Positions 50,950-61,892 of a stretch of DNA of 64,000 nt are shown piece by piece. The position numbers and the translations under genes were made by a program. Origin of the DNA: Carcharhinus longimanus (lineage: Eukaryota); NCBI GenBank assembly GCA_030264375.1, contig JASCQW010000081.1, forward strand, positions 92,243,768 to 92,307,767. The letters are read 5' to 3'. Within the stretch, counting starts at the first letter, position 1. Every line of letters starts with the position of its first letter. The notes under the pieces are model-generated. The model searched no databases. It saw only the letters and a list, made by a program, of their open reading frames with translations, and was not told where the DNA came from.

Positions 50950-53200
50950 AGGCCATACAACTGAAAGCAAATTATGCTCAAGTATTTTGAGTCATTTTGT
51001 GTCTGCTATTTTTTCGAACAGTCAGTCCCTGAGTTCCACCAACCTCCAGGTGAAGAAATGCTTCTCTTCCGCTAGCAACTTGTGTGTCTTTACCATGAAT
51101 CGACTTCCCTTGCTATGCATCCCTCAAGAAAAAACGAATGAATAGGCTTTATGAGGCATTCTATCCAGATAATTCATGATTATACGTGTTTAACCAGATT
51201 TGTTCTTCATCTATAGTGTTACAAAACCATATTCCGATCCCATGCAAGCTTTCTTCATACTTAAAACATACCAGTAAAGCAAAAACCCTCGTAATATCAT
51301 TTTTATTCCTTCTAATGCAATGAAATCTTTCTTATCTTGACGTTCCAAAATTGCATCCAGCTGTTGAATTATTGCCAAGCCAATATTTTATGTTGTTTCA
51401 CCATAACTTAGAAGCTCTGACATTCGCTCTAAGACTCCTGTACTGAACGCAGGTTGCCTCGTACCTTCTACGTTTTCCAGGTATCAGAAATGTGTATACA
51501 ACCATCATGCTACCTTTTTGATTTAATCTTCTTATTATCATACCACTTACCGTGGATTCAGTTGCTTGTCAACCTTCTTCAAATGTATTGCTTCAGATTT
51601 CTTTGATATGAATTATCTTTATCACCATCCACCCACGTGTCTTGTTCAATGATATCGTCCCTCAATTTACAGAACTTTGCTTCATAATCAAACACGCCTT
51701 CAACTTGCACGTTATTTGAAGTCGTCTTGATTATACTTCATCCATTTGAGACCAGATGTTTGGCACATCCTACCAAAAGGACATCACCTTAAGCAACCAC
51801 ACAGCAAACAAGCTCCAGTCAAGAAACAAGACTTTTTTTTAGTTAAACTTCTGCCTCTGAAACAAATTTGCTGTCATATTGTGACTGTTTCTTCGATGCT
51901 TTAGACTTATTCTTCCGTTGCAGACCGGCCTTGATAAAATCCAAATGAATCCATTTCAATTGCAGAATGAGATCATAGAACATTGTCGTCTTTTGGAGCA
52001 TGGGACGACATTTGTTCCGTTCTCTTTGGGAAAAAAAGGCTCTCTATCTCTCTCACCTTCTCAAGCCCCATAGCTCTGAAGGCATATTTCCTTCATCTGC
52101 CCATCTAATCTCCCTTTTTAACCTTTGTTTGAGACTATTTTCTCGTTTGTTTACCAGTCACAAGTAAGCTTTTATTAACACTGCAATGAAGGTGCTGTGA
52201 AAATCCCCTAGCTGCCACACTCTGGCATCAGTTCGGATGCACTGACGAAAAGTTTTGCATGGCCAATGCATCTTACCAGCACGTCTTCCAGACAGTGGAA
52301 GGAAAGCGGATCACCGAGAGGAAACCTACCCATTACACAGGGACAACGAGGAAACTGCACACAGACAGTGATGCAAGCCAGGAATCCAACCCAGGTCCCT
52401 GGCGCTGTGAGATATCAGTGCTAATTAGTGTTCCACCGTGCTGTCCCTTTGTGGGCACTGAGCTCCACATCATTGCCATTTGTTGTGTGGAGACTTTCCT
52501 CGCGAAATTCCCCTTGCCTACACCCCGGAATCTTTCCCTTTGCTAAAAACTCAGAACCTGCATGGTGGTGCCCTTGTACAGTTAATTAATGGAAACATTG
52601 TTTTATTCTTGCCTATCTGGTCAAAGTTTGCCAGAATCCTGTAGACCTCTACAAAATCTCCTACTAGTTTTATTTTCATAAGGGGGAACCAACCTAAAGT
52701 TCTTCAATCCATCCTTGCAATTGAATTCCCACATTCCTCGAATTATTCTGGTAAATGTCTTCTGCTAAAATCCTTCTTCACAAAGTGCAGTGATCAGAAC
52801 TGGACACCATCCTCAAACTGAAGCCTAGCCTCTGCTTTAGAATTGTGTAATATGTTTTCCCAGCTCTGACATTCAATGCCTCTATTAGTGAAGTTCATAA
52901 TGATTTGTGCACCATTCTCTCAATGCACCTTGCCACCTTGAAAATTCAATCTAAATATAACCAGATCCCTCAGCTCCAGCAGACTATTTGGCGCTGTACC
53001 ATCAGCAATTGGTTGCTTTTCGAAATCCCCTTTCCAACTCGGCATCACCTTCTACTTTTCTGTATTAAATTCCAGCTTTCACTTGTTTGCTTATTCTTCG
53101 AATCTACTAATCTGATATTATGAAGTTTGTTTTTCGTTAACCTTTTGTACATTTTGATAGAATATCATTCCGGACTAATTTTCAAGTAGTTTGAATTGTT
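50950..53200 (-). mobile_element. Decayed CR1 fragments with a nested SINE (about 52150-52447)
   Basis: Antisense CR1 motifs (gatcagaactggacacc); SINE core ggaaacctaccc...gcacacagacagtga. Confidence 0.6.
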
Positions 53201-54095
53201 GGCAATGCCAAGATTATTGCCAATTACTATCTGAGGGATGTTGGGCTACCGCCAGGTGAGGAACATGTTATCTTTTTTCTCGGGTGATCTAACAAAACCC
53301 ATGATTTGCATGCTAGATGATATTTTCACTGGACCATTAATCTAGTGGCCAAGGCTATTACTCACTTCCACCACAGCAACTTTCTGTTAATAATTTGGAA
53401 TTAAATGCGAGTCTCAGCAATGGTGACCATTAACTTGTTGCCAATTGTCATAATTAGGTTCACAAACTTCCTATCGGGAAGCAAATCAGATCTGTCGGCA
53501 AAATACGTAAAATAAAAATGAGTAACGCTCTGATCCAAGGCAATTGCGTCTCATTCTTCAAGAACTAGCAGTGTGAGTATTTGGACAGGGTAACAAGTAC
53601 GAACACAAAGAAGTTCCAAAAGCAAAGCAGTCGAATACGCAATTGATATATCAGAGTTAATTGTTTTCTCTTTGTTGAGGTCATTAAAAGTTGACATCCA
53701 TTTAGTGGAATCACAATGTCGACAAGCCTCTCTAACAACGGAAATGAAGTGCAATCAAATATATGTGTGATTCCATTGAAAATCTTAAAAGGTGAAATCA
53801 TGGCGCCCAGGATGAGAAAGGAGGAAAACACAAATTCAACAAAGTTGTGTGTTCAAAACTTATTTTTAAAAGATCTGCTGCAAGTGATTACCCTGCTATG
53901 TGAAACAAAACATATATTTGGAGGAATCGGTTGGAAAAAATGACAGGACAGCATTATCTTAACAGAAAGATTCCTAGAAAAAGGGCTAAACTTGGATGTA
54001 ATTACGTTCACGTTATACTTAGAAAATGTAGAAGGTTTGAAGAGAGACACAAGCATTAATATAGTTCTCAGGGTTCCATTTATGCATATTACCGG

Positions 54096-54409
54096 GGGCG
54101 GCACGGTGGCACAGTGGTTAGCACTGCTGCCTCACAGCACCAGGGACGCGTGTTCGGTTCCTGGCGTCGGTCATTCTCTGTGTGGAGTTTGCACATTCTC
54201 GCCGTGTTTGCGTGGGTTTCCTCCGGGTGCTCCGGTTTCCTCCCACAGTTCAAAATGTGCGGGTCAGGTGTATTGGCCATGCTAACGTGTCAGAGGCACT
54301 AGCTAGGGTAAGTGCATGGGGTTATAGGGATAGGGGCTTGGTGGGAACGTGGTCGATGCAGACTCGATGGTCCGAATGGCCTCCTTCTGCACTGTAGGAT
54401 TCTATGATT
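54096..54409 (+). mobile_element. HE1-type SINE, well preserved
   Basis: gggcggcacggtggcacagtggttagcactgctgcctcacagc...aatggcctccttctgcactgtaggattctatgatt. Confidence 0.92.
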
Positions 54410-54519
54410 TAAGGCAAAGGCTAATAGACGGACCACTTCAGTTTTTCGGCGAAGTTTGTTTATTAGTTATGTATTTTGAGACAGATTTTCACGTTATTAA
54501 CATATTCCGCAGGACTTAC

Positions 54520-54546
54520 CATCGGTTTTGTATTTCGTGTCCTGGT
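54520..54546 (-). CDS. Microexon, 27 nt, DQDTKYKTD
   Basis: ttattgctctcgctcag|ACCAGGACACGAAATACAAAACCGATG|gtaagt. Confidence 0.8.
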
Positions 54547-54690
54547 CTGAGCGAGAGCAATAATAAAAATCATCTTAGCCACAATATAAATCATAGGATC
54601 AAAGTTTATTATTATTTTTGTCACTTCATTCATCCTTTAAGAATACAGGAGGAAAGAACGATTTATTACTTGGAGAAAAAATCTTTTTAC

Positions 54691-54717
54691 CTTTCTTGGC
54701 GTCAGTGAGCTTTTTTT
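54691..54717 (-). CDS. Microexon, 27 nt, EKKLTDAKK
   Basis: tgtttctcaacag|AAAAAAAGCTCACTGACGCCAAGAAAG|gtaaaa. Confidence 0.85.
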
Positions 54718-56176
54718 CTGTTGAGAAACATCAACAATCACTTTGCTGTAATGCCGGAAAATATCTATGATTTGTTTTCATTGGCAATTCTTGATAGTGT
54801 TTACAACCACGATATAGGAGAATGTCACTAACGTAATAGCGAAGCACTGCCGCTGCTGGAGGTCAGAAATAAAAAGAATAAGTAAAGAACGGACTGCAAG
54901 GACGCTGTGCCATTCGGTGAGAGTGTGGACGATCTGACTGTGATTTCAAATTCACTTTCCTGTCCGCCAAAAACATTTACCTCCCTTGTATTTGAAAAAG
55001 CTTTCAAACTTAGATTGAATGAAATGAATTGCCAAACGCTTTTTGGCGCAGAGAATTCGACAGGCTAATGATATTCGGAGAGAAATAATATATTTGAATC
55101 TATATTTCTGATTGTTGAATTCTGATTTTAAACATTGTACCCTTGATCCAGACGTGCCCACAAAATTCTCATCTTCTTGCGCTGCATCTTATAAAGTCCC
55201 ATCACGATATTTTATGTTTCAGTGACATCACCTTGCGTTCTGCTGAATTACAATGCATAAAGTATCTTGTACGCGAACATAAAATCGGAACGCTGCTCTA
55301 TACCCATCGTAACTCATAAGCGTTAACTAGAACAACTTACGCTGTTTCATTGTTAACATGGCACCATTCTGCCACGCCACACCCAGTTGAATCTGATGTT
55401 TTGTTTGGAAAGTAAGCGATCATCTTTGAAGTTTAATCAGAACAAATTTAGACAAACTCTTTTAGCTGCAAATTTCACGCATCAACTTTTCCACTAATCT
55501 GGGGGTCCATCTTAAATTAAAATGCACGTGATCAAAAACAAGTATTTTCACTTTCATGCCATGAGTAGGTTTTGGGTTATAATTTCAGAAATTGACAAAT
55601 GTTACGTGGTTCTGCTCCATAATGCGATGCTGCCAAATTTAAATTAATATTTAAGCATATAACGGTTCGAATTAATTAAAAAGCAAAAATGTTAAAAATA
55701 ATTCACATACATAACAAGACACGTATCACGTGGCTAAAGAGCCCAATCCGTAAGCCGCTCCGCTGAAGACAAACCTGTGAAATGTTTTGGGTGGTAGAAT
55801 TTGTCTTTTGATTTGAGATCGCCGGCAATTCTTTCTCAGGTTCCTGTTCGGACCTCCTCTTGTTGTCTGATGTTCCCAAAAAATTGTGCTTTCAATCAGG
55901 AGGCCCTTAGGCCCATTCCGGCAGTTGGTTGTGGACAATGGTGCAGCGTTCCTTTAAAAAAAGAAGTCTACGGTTTTGCATAAAGGCGATTGCCTTGGTA
56001 CCAATTCCTTTTGGGAGATAGCATCATATAGTGCAAGTCTATTGGTCCCATCATGATTGAATGCAATTGAAGTCAATGATACAAAACATCAGACAGAACA
56101 CAGACGGGGAAACGTCTCCGTCATCGATCTTGTTCTGCAACGCAAGTGAAATCTTGCATTGTTGAAAAGCACTTAC

Positions 56177-56212
56177 CTGAAATTTGTAGCATTTTAGTTA
56201 ATTCTGTTTTTT
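56177..56212 (-). CDS. Microexon, 36 nt, EKTELTKMLQIS
   Basis: ttttctctttttcag|AAAAAACAGAATTAACTAAAATGCTACAAATTTCAG|gtaagt; only the phase-1 frame is open. Confidence 0.88.
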
Positions 56213-57039
56213 CTGAAAAAGAGAAAATGACCGACTATCGAGTAAATGACACCCTGTTAAACCACTGAGATTAAACTACGACTTTTACCTTGCAGTGTAT
56301 GGACTCTAAAAAACAGATGTTGAAATCTGTTATACAATTGCCACGTAACTCTTTAACATTCCATCCCAAGAGGCCGACCAAGTTAACCTACATTTCAATA
56401 TAGAGATTATCATGTCCGCTCTTGAAATTTCCCATGCCCCAGGTTCTCATAAGGTCTTGAAAGGGCGGACATTCTCTGAGCATTTTATAATTGTAGCTCA
56501 TGATGATATAGGCACATTTCCTGAGCAAAAATATACATGAAGAATATGTGTCGTATAGATTAATCCAAAATGAACTTATATTTTCCCTGTGGATTTCAAT
56601 AAGATAATTATTATGATCATTATTATTATAACGACGAACACTTAAACATTTGTTTCGATCAACTGATGACAGTTCATCCAGAGTTACAGTTAAAGATATC
56701 AGCTGCAATAACATAGCAAGACGATTCAGAAGTATACATTTTTAACGTTGTATCGAATTGTTGCACAAACGGAGTGGTACCGATCCTAGCTATAGGTCAC
56801 AATTTTACAACAGACAGATATTCTATTCTTCATCGCTCAGTATTTACTTATGGGTTTCTGTGTCGCTGGCCTTTCGTCAGAGGCGATAGCTTCAGGTCTG
56901 CCGATCCACATCAAGCATGTCTGACCAGGAGACTCCCCGGCTCAATGATGGATTTACAAGTTGGTAATAAATTTGTTTGCTGCATTAAGAGCATAGCTTC
57001 TGTGACCATCAAGTCCCGAGGTTTGCCTTGAGCCCAGAA

Positions 57040-57540
57040 CATGCGAAAAAAGAACTAAGAACGGGAGTAGACAATTCAGCCATTCGAACTCACTCCGCCA
57101 TTTAACATCATTATGGCAGATCTTATTCTGGTCTGAAATCCACTTTCCTGCCCTATAGCCCTTTATTCCGCTTTTCATCAGTAACATACCTATCTCTTTC
57201 TTGAATCTGCTGATTGATTCTGTCTCCACTCCCATCTGGGCTAAAGAGATCCACAGATTCACAACGACCTGAGAGAAGTATTTGCTCCTCACCTCAGTTT
57301 TGAACCTACCTCTTGTCACTCTGTGTCCAGGACCTCTTGTTCTGGACTGTCTCACAAGGGCAGACAACTATTCAACGTCCAGCTTCTCAATCCTCTTTGG
57401 CATTTTATACACCTTAAAGAGCTCTCTTTGATTCTTCTGAAATCCAGCGAGAACAGGCCAAAGCCAATCAACTGCTTCGTTGATTTTCATCTCCCATCAA
57501 CGTTTTCTGGCATTGCTGTGTGAGTTATTGTTCTTCTTGG
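57040..57540 (-). mobile_element. CR1-type LINE 3' end
   Basis: SRTRGPGHRVTRGRFKTEVRSKYFSQVVVNLWISL is the CR1 ORF2 C-terminus. Confidence 0.85.
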
Positions 57541-57654
57541 ATACCTCCCTTTCTCTAAAGTCCGTGAGAACACGTGCCATTTGCATTTTGTACGATGTCT
57601 TTCAATTTCACGTCATTTATTCTCTCAGTTCTGGAAGTGCGCATTTTGCTATTT

Positions 57655-57969
57655 ATAGAAACTCTTGAGTACAGAAGGAGGCCATTCGGCCCTTCGAGTC
57701 TGCGCCAACCACAATCCCACCCAGGCCCTATTTCCATAACCATAGTTACCATGCTAATGCACCTGACATTGGGGTCAATTTAGCATTGCCAATCAACCTA
57801 ACCCGCACATCTTTAGAGTGTGAGAGAAAACTGGAGCACCCAGAGGAAACCTACGCAGAAACGGGGAGAATGTGCAAACTCCGTATAGATAGTGACAGGA
57901 GGCCGGAATTGAACCGGGTCTCTGGCGCTGTGAGGCATCAGTGTTAACCGCTGTGCCACAGTGCTGCCC
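57655..57969 (-). mobile_element. HE1-type SINE
   Basis: cagaaggaggccattcggccc...ggagcacccagaggaaacctacgcag...ctgtgccacagtgctgccc. Confidence 0.9.
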
Positions 57970-58102
57970 TCTTTCTGCTGCACAGCAAATTCCTTTTTGA
58001 TTAGCTTACTCTCCTTTAAACCATTAAGGAATTTGCGCTGTTTAGTTTAATTCAATTACAGATACAGAACATTCAGATACTTTTTTTCCTAAGAAATATT
58101 AC

Positions 58103-58129
58103 CTTTGTCTTTTATTTCAATCTGTTTGT
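58103..58129 (-). CDS. Microexon, 27 nt, DKQIEIKDK
   Basis: cattgtctttacag|ACAAACAGATTGAAATAAAAGACAAAG|gtaata. Confidence 0.85.
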
Positions 58130-59847
58130 CTGTAAAGACAATGTTAACTTTAATTTAAAGGGTAGGAATCAAACAGACATATTTTCTTTGCAATCTTCCA
58201 AAAAATGGAATAAACATTGCGATCTACAATCTAGAGAAAACAATACTGCATTGTTCAATTTTCTTTGTTATGGACTTAAGTTTATTTCGAATTACTGTCA
58301 ACATTCTTATGTTTAGCATCTCTAATGCATCTAAAAATCAAATTGATAGTCGAGTTCCCTTATATAACATTATCCTGACTATTTACAGCGTGAAAGTTAT
58401 GCGTTTCGGAGACTCATTTTACCGATTTACTTCAATATACTTTTGTGCTTTCGCATTACTCCTCACGAAAACATCAACATTCTCGAAAGAGTCAGATAAC
58501 AGGTCGCAAGAAAGATGTTAAAAAAAGAAGCAGTCAAAGATTTCTGGGACTAAGTGTGCCTCACACGAACTGTGCACAAAATAATTCTCATGATAGGTGT
58601 TGGGAATTTTAAAGTAAACAGAATCTGCTGGAAATGCAACACAAGTCAACCAGCACCTTTACCAAAGTTCATGTGCCAGTTTCTTGACCTAAATCGTTTC
58701 CCCTTTTGACAGATGGGGCTTAACTTTTTGAGGGTTTCTTGCATTTTCTATTCGTATCTTTACATGTCTACGTAGAAACGTGCTGATATGGAATGTTTTG
58801 CACCACCCACTCTTCTCCTCAAGTTTGTATTTGGCCAAAGAAGGGATACTGGCTTATTTTCAATTCACTGACCTAGATACTCTGACGCCATTTATATTCA
58901 TTCCTTTCCACCCCTTTGCCCCCCCCCCCCCCCCTCCAACCCCCGCCCCCCAAAGTTACATCCAATACTGAAATCAACCAGTCAGTCATTTGATGGCATC
59001 AACAATGGGCTGGATTTTTCCTGTTCTTTGTAGCGATCTGAACAGTCAGGAATCAAGCGTGTTGAGCGGCGGAGTGTGGGGGTGGGGGCGGATCGCACGT
59101 GCGACCGATAGGGAGCAAGAGAATAAAATGCCATTGGTTTTAAGTAGCCACAGCATACGTCCAGGAGAAGCCTCCAAATAGACAATTTTGAATATTGGCT
59201 TGGATGCCCCCTTGTTATGCCCCCTGAGCCTCCCAGACGCTTCTCATCATGTGTTTCACACCCGGGTAGTCATCCTCCGCGTACTGTCTACCTTATTTTC
59301 CTCCCAGAGTCTTCTTGCTGAAGGAATAACACCTGACTTACAACACCGTATCTTCTTCTTGCATGACTTAGTGCAGTACTAGTGANNNNNNNNNNNNNNN
59401 NNNNNNNNNNNNNNNNNNNNNNNNNNNNNNNNNNNNNNNNNNNNNNNNNNNNNNNNNNNNNNNNNNNNNNNNNNNNNNNNNNGGCAAGGATTACTGCTGA
59501 TGGGGGGCATAAAACAAACCGCGAGCCAAATTACTGTAGACCAATGTGGCTGAGGGTATGAATTGAATCAAATGCCATTTCAGTCGATAAGAACAGTTAC
59601 GTCAATATTGGACATAATACACCGGACCACATGCTTGCTATAGAATTTCATAGCACCTGAAGATACAAAGCGTTGTTAAGCCAATGAAAATCTATCATAA
59701 ATGATGCATTTCTATGAACATAATCTCTATTCTTTCCATTATCCTAGAAACTGCGCGCTTTATTAACAATAAAACATTTAGGAATCAATGCGTTGCGCTA
59801 AAATTCCGAAATATTTCTGGCAGATATATAAGAATGATGGCACAAAC

Positions 59848-59874
59848 CTGACATTTTTATACGATTTTCTAGTT
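59848..59874 (-). CDS. Microexon, 27 nt, ELENRIKMS
   Basis: tttttgtttggataacag|AACTAGAAAATCGTATAAAAATGTCAG|gtttgt. Confidence 0.78.
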
Positions 59875-60555
59875 CTGTTATCCAAACAAAAAAAAATTGA
59901 CCCTCATTCCACGATCTTTGTTGGTTGGATGCAATTGTGTCGAAAATCTTATTGCGTATTTTTCCATGACTTTAAATAATTATATTTTGTATTATCAGCT
60001 GGACGTCAGCCAGCATTACAAGTAAGAGAAGATCATAAAATGTAACAAAGGGGTTCTGCCAGATGTTTTAAATTTGATTTACCAGAAAGAAAGTTGTGCC
60101 AAGTTGCTTAACCAGCTCGTGGCTACATTCGTGCACCTCCTTCCTTTTCATTCAAGTGATGCTTATGACTCTAGCACATTGTTTGCAATTCACCTGTTCT
60201 TTTCAAACACTTTCACAGAAACCGCTGACATGAATTGCTTTTTAAACGTATTATCAAAATTTTCAAATGCATTAATTTCAAATGAAGACTTTACATGTTT
60301 TTGATGCCTCCGATCTAGATGTTTTCCAACTCTGAGTCACTGGGCATAACTGCTAGACTCAGGAATACCAGTATTGCTTTTTGAAGATTAGTTCAGTAAA
60401 CGGAAGGAAGCACATTTGATTTGCATTCGGCCTTCTCTTAAAATGGTCTGTGAGAAAAAAATGTACATCAATCCCTCAACGCCTTCCAGCAGCTCAAAGA
60501 TAACATTCAGAAGTGCAGAATCACGTAAGCTGTCACGAGTGTTTCTCAGAAATGT

Positions 60556-60933
60556 GATTTGATTTGATTTATTACTGTCACATGTATTAGCAGACAGTTA
60601 GAAATATTGTTTCTCGCGTGTTATGCAGATAGAGCATACCGTTCATTGAGAAGGCAAATACAGAGTGCAGAATGTATCGTTCTTGTCATAGCTAGGGTGT
60701 GAAGAATGATTAACTTAATGCAAGATAGGTCCATTCAAAAGTCTGATGGCAGCATGGAAGAAACTACTCTTGAGTCGGTTGGTCTGTGACCTCAGACTTA
60801 TGTATCATTTTCCCGACCGAAGAAAGTGGAAGGGAGAATATTCAGGGTGCGTAGGGTCCTTAATTGATTTGCCGAGGCAACGGGAAGAGCAGACAGAGTC
60901 AATGGATGGAAGGCTTGTTTGCGTGATGGATTG
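60556..60933 (-). mobile_element. Rex/Babar-type LINE 3' end
   Basis: (gattt)n tail then sequence antisense to 33575-34200. Confidence 0.75.
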
Positions 60934-61467
60934 AATATATCGAGATGCGATCATTGTTTCAGTGATAATTGTTTCCTATTATTACAAACTAAATGTGCCA
61001 GAGTTATATCTTACAGCATTGGCTTATCCAACTTGTCATAATTGTTGAAAACTTGAACAATGTTACCTCATTTAATTAACCATCAATGAAAGGTAAAATG
61101 AGTGCCTTGTTTTTCAAACGTTTTTCCTTTAAATAGTAGCAACATTCCTGTGACGTTGTAAATTGTTCTGTTTAACTGCAATAGGGTGACGCTACGGAGG
61201 TCAAATGATGACATAAATGACAGAAATGTCGTGACTTACAATGAGAAAAATGTATAGAATGTTGTGAATTTAACAAAATTAAACATAAAGCTTTGTTTAT
61301 TGAACCCAGTTTGCCCAACTTCAAACAGCTGGTGAGGGAAAATTGTAGAAGTACGCTGTATATTTCAGATGCTATGTGTTTTTCTTTCTGAGCAGATCCC
61401 TGAATAGATAATGCAATTTTTTTGAAAGTGGTGACTTCTATATCAAAGACACCTTTCTTATGCTTAC

Positions 61468-61494
61468 CTATCTGTTTTTCAAACATTTGATTCT
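61468..61494 (-). CDS. Microexon, 27 nt, (E)NQMFEKQI
   Basis: aatccctcatag|AGAATCAAATGTTTGAAAAACAGATAG|gtaagc. Confidence 0.8.
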   Translation of the reverse strand, partial: RIKCLKNR

Positions 61495-61793
61495 CTATGA
61501 GGGATTGATACATACTTTCAATATAAAATCAAGTAGAAATGCAATGCTATCTTTTCAGGTAAATCGAGGAGATAACTTTTTTCATGTCCCGTTCCACTTA
61601 ATCAGATTTATGGAATTATTCTTGATCCGAAATTTTATCGGTTTAGCTCTTGTTATCTTGCTCACGAAATCACGGAATACCGAAACACAATCAGGAGCAG
61701 TAGAATCAACAGTTACATCCAGTTCAACATCATTGTCATAACCCTTTTGGTAAAAATTGTCCATAAGCTATGAAGGACTGATGCACCATTTTG

Positions 61794-61892
61794 ACAGTAA
61801 GAAGTCTCACAACGCCAGGTTGAAGTCCAACAGGTTTATTTGTAGCAGATGCCACTACCTTTCGGAAGTGGCTGTTCCTTCGTCAGGTGGAC
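61794..61892 (-). mobile_element. Penelope-like element end
   Basis: acagtaagaagtctcacaacgccaggttgaagtccaacaggtttattt...ccttcgtcaggtgg. Confidence 0.78.
61852..61890 (-). ncRNA. Minimal type I hammerhead ribozyme motif
   Basis: CCAC-CUGACGA-A-GGAA-cagccac-UUCC-GAAA-GG-UA-GUGG: intact core, stem I CCAC/GUGG, stem II GGAA/UUCC, vestigial stem III; activity untested. Confidence 0.6.

Larger units (their letters stand above)
11788..59482. other. Assembly gaps (N runs)
   Basis: 11788-11999, 16165-16264, 20241-20441, 27241-27321, 31366-31465, 35993-36092, 37486-37768, 43992-44091, 59386-59482. Confidence 0.98.
989..61494 (-). other. Partial multi-microexon protein-coding gene (at least 27 phase-1 exons) encoding a long coiled coil; identity unknown, probably extends beyond both window ends
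   Basis: Exons found by reading minus-strand splice signals. Spliced translation: (E)NQMFEKQI ELENRIKMS DKQIEIKDK EKTELTKMLQIS EKKLTDAKK DQDTKYKTD DERLIQLRA ELQKLREVT KQQLLAKDN ELNAALLNQQDK ENRLSNKTA EMNKLKQTIQTL ESQLQDASH ELEKCEKLQQLS AKQSSY GADVLRLQL VTTFKENK EQKRTIENL EIQLREKAK EYENTKRSLADS EKLLKDKEN ELSISERNLSLA ERKLNEKEA DLNRLKRSTTE EKVRVKRESANS ESERYRKQL VEKMKQVT. All lengths divisible by 3, no stops, no Pro. Some exons may be missed or lie in gaps. Confidence 0.85.

Noticed and set aside
54096-54170. tRNA genes
   Set aside because: A/B-box sequences are SINE heads continuing into SINE core and tail, with no complete cloverleaf.
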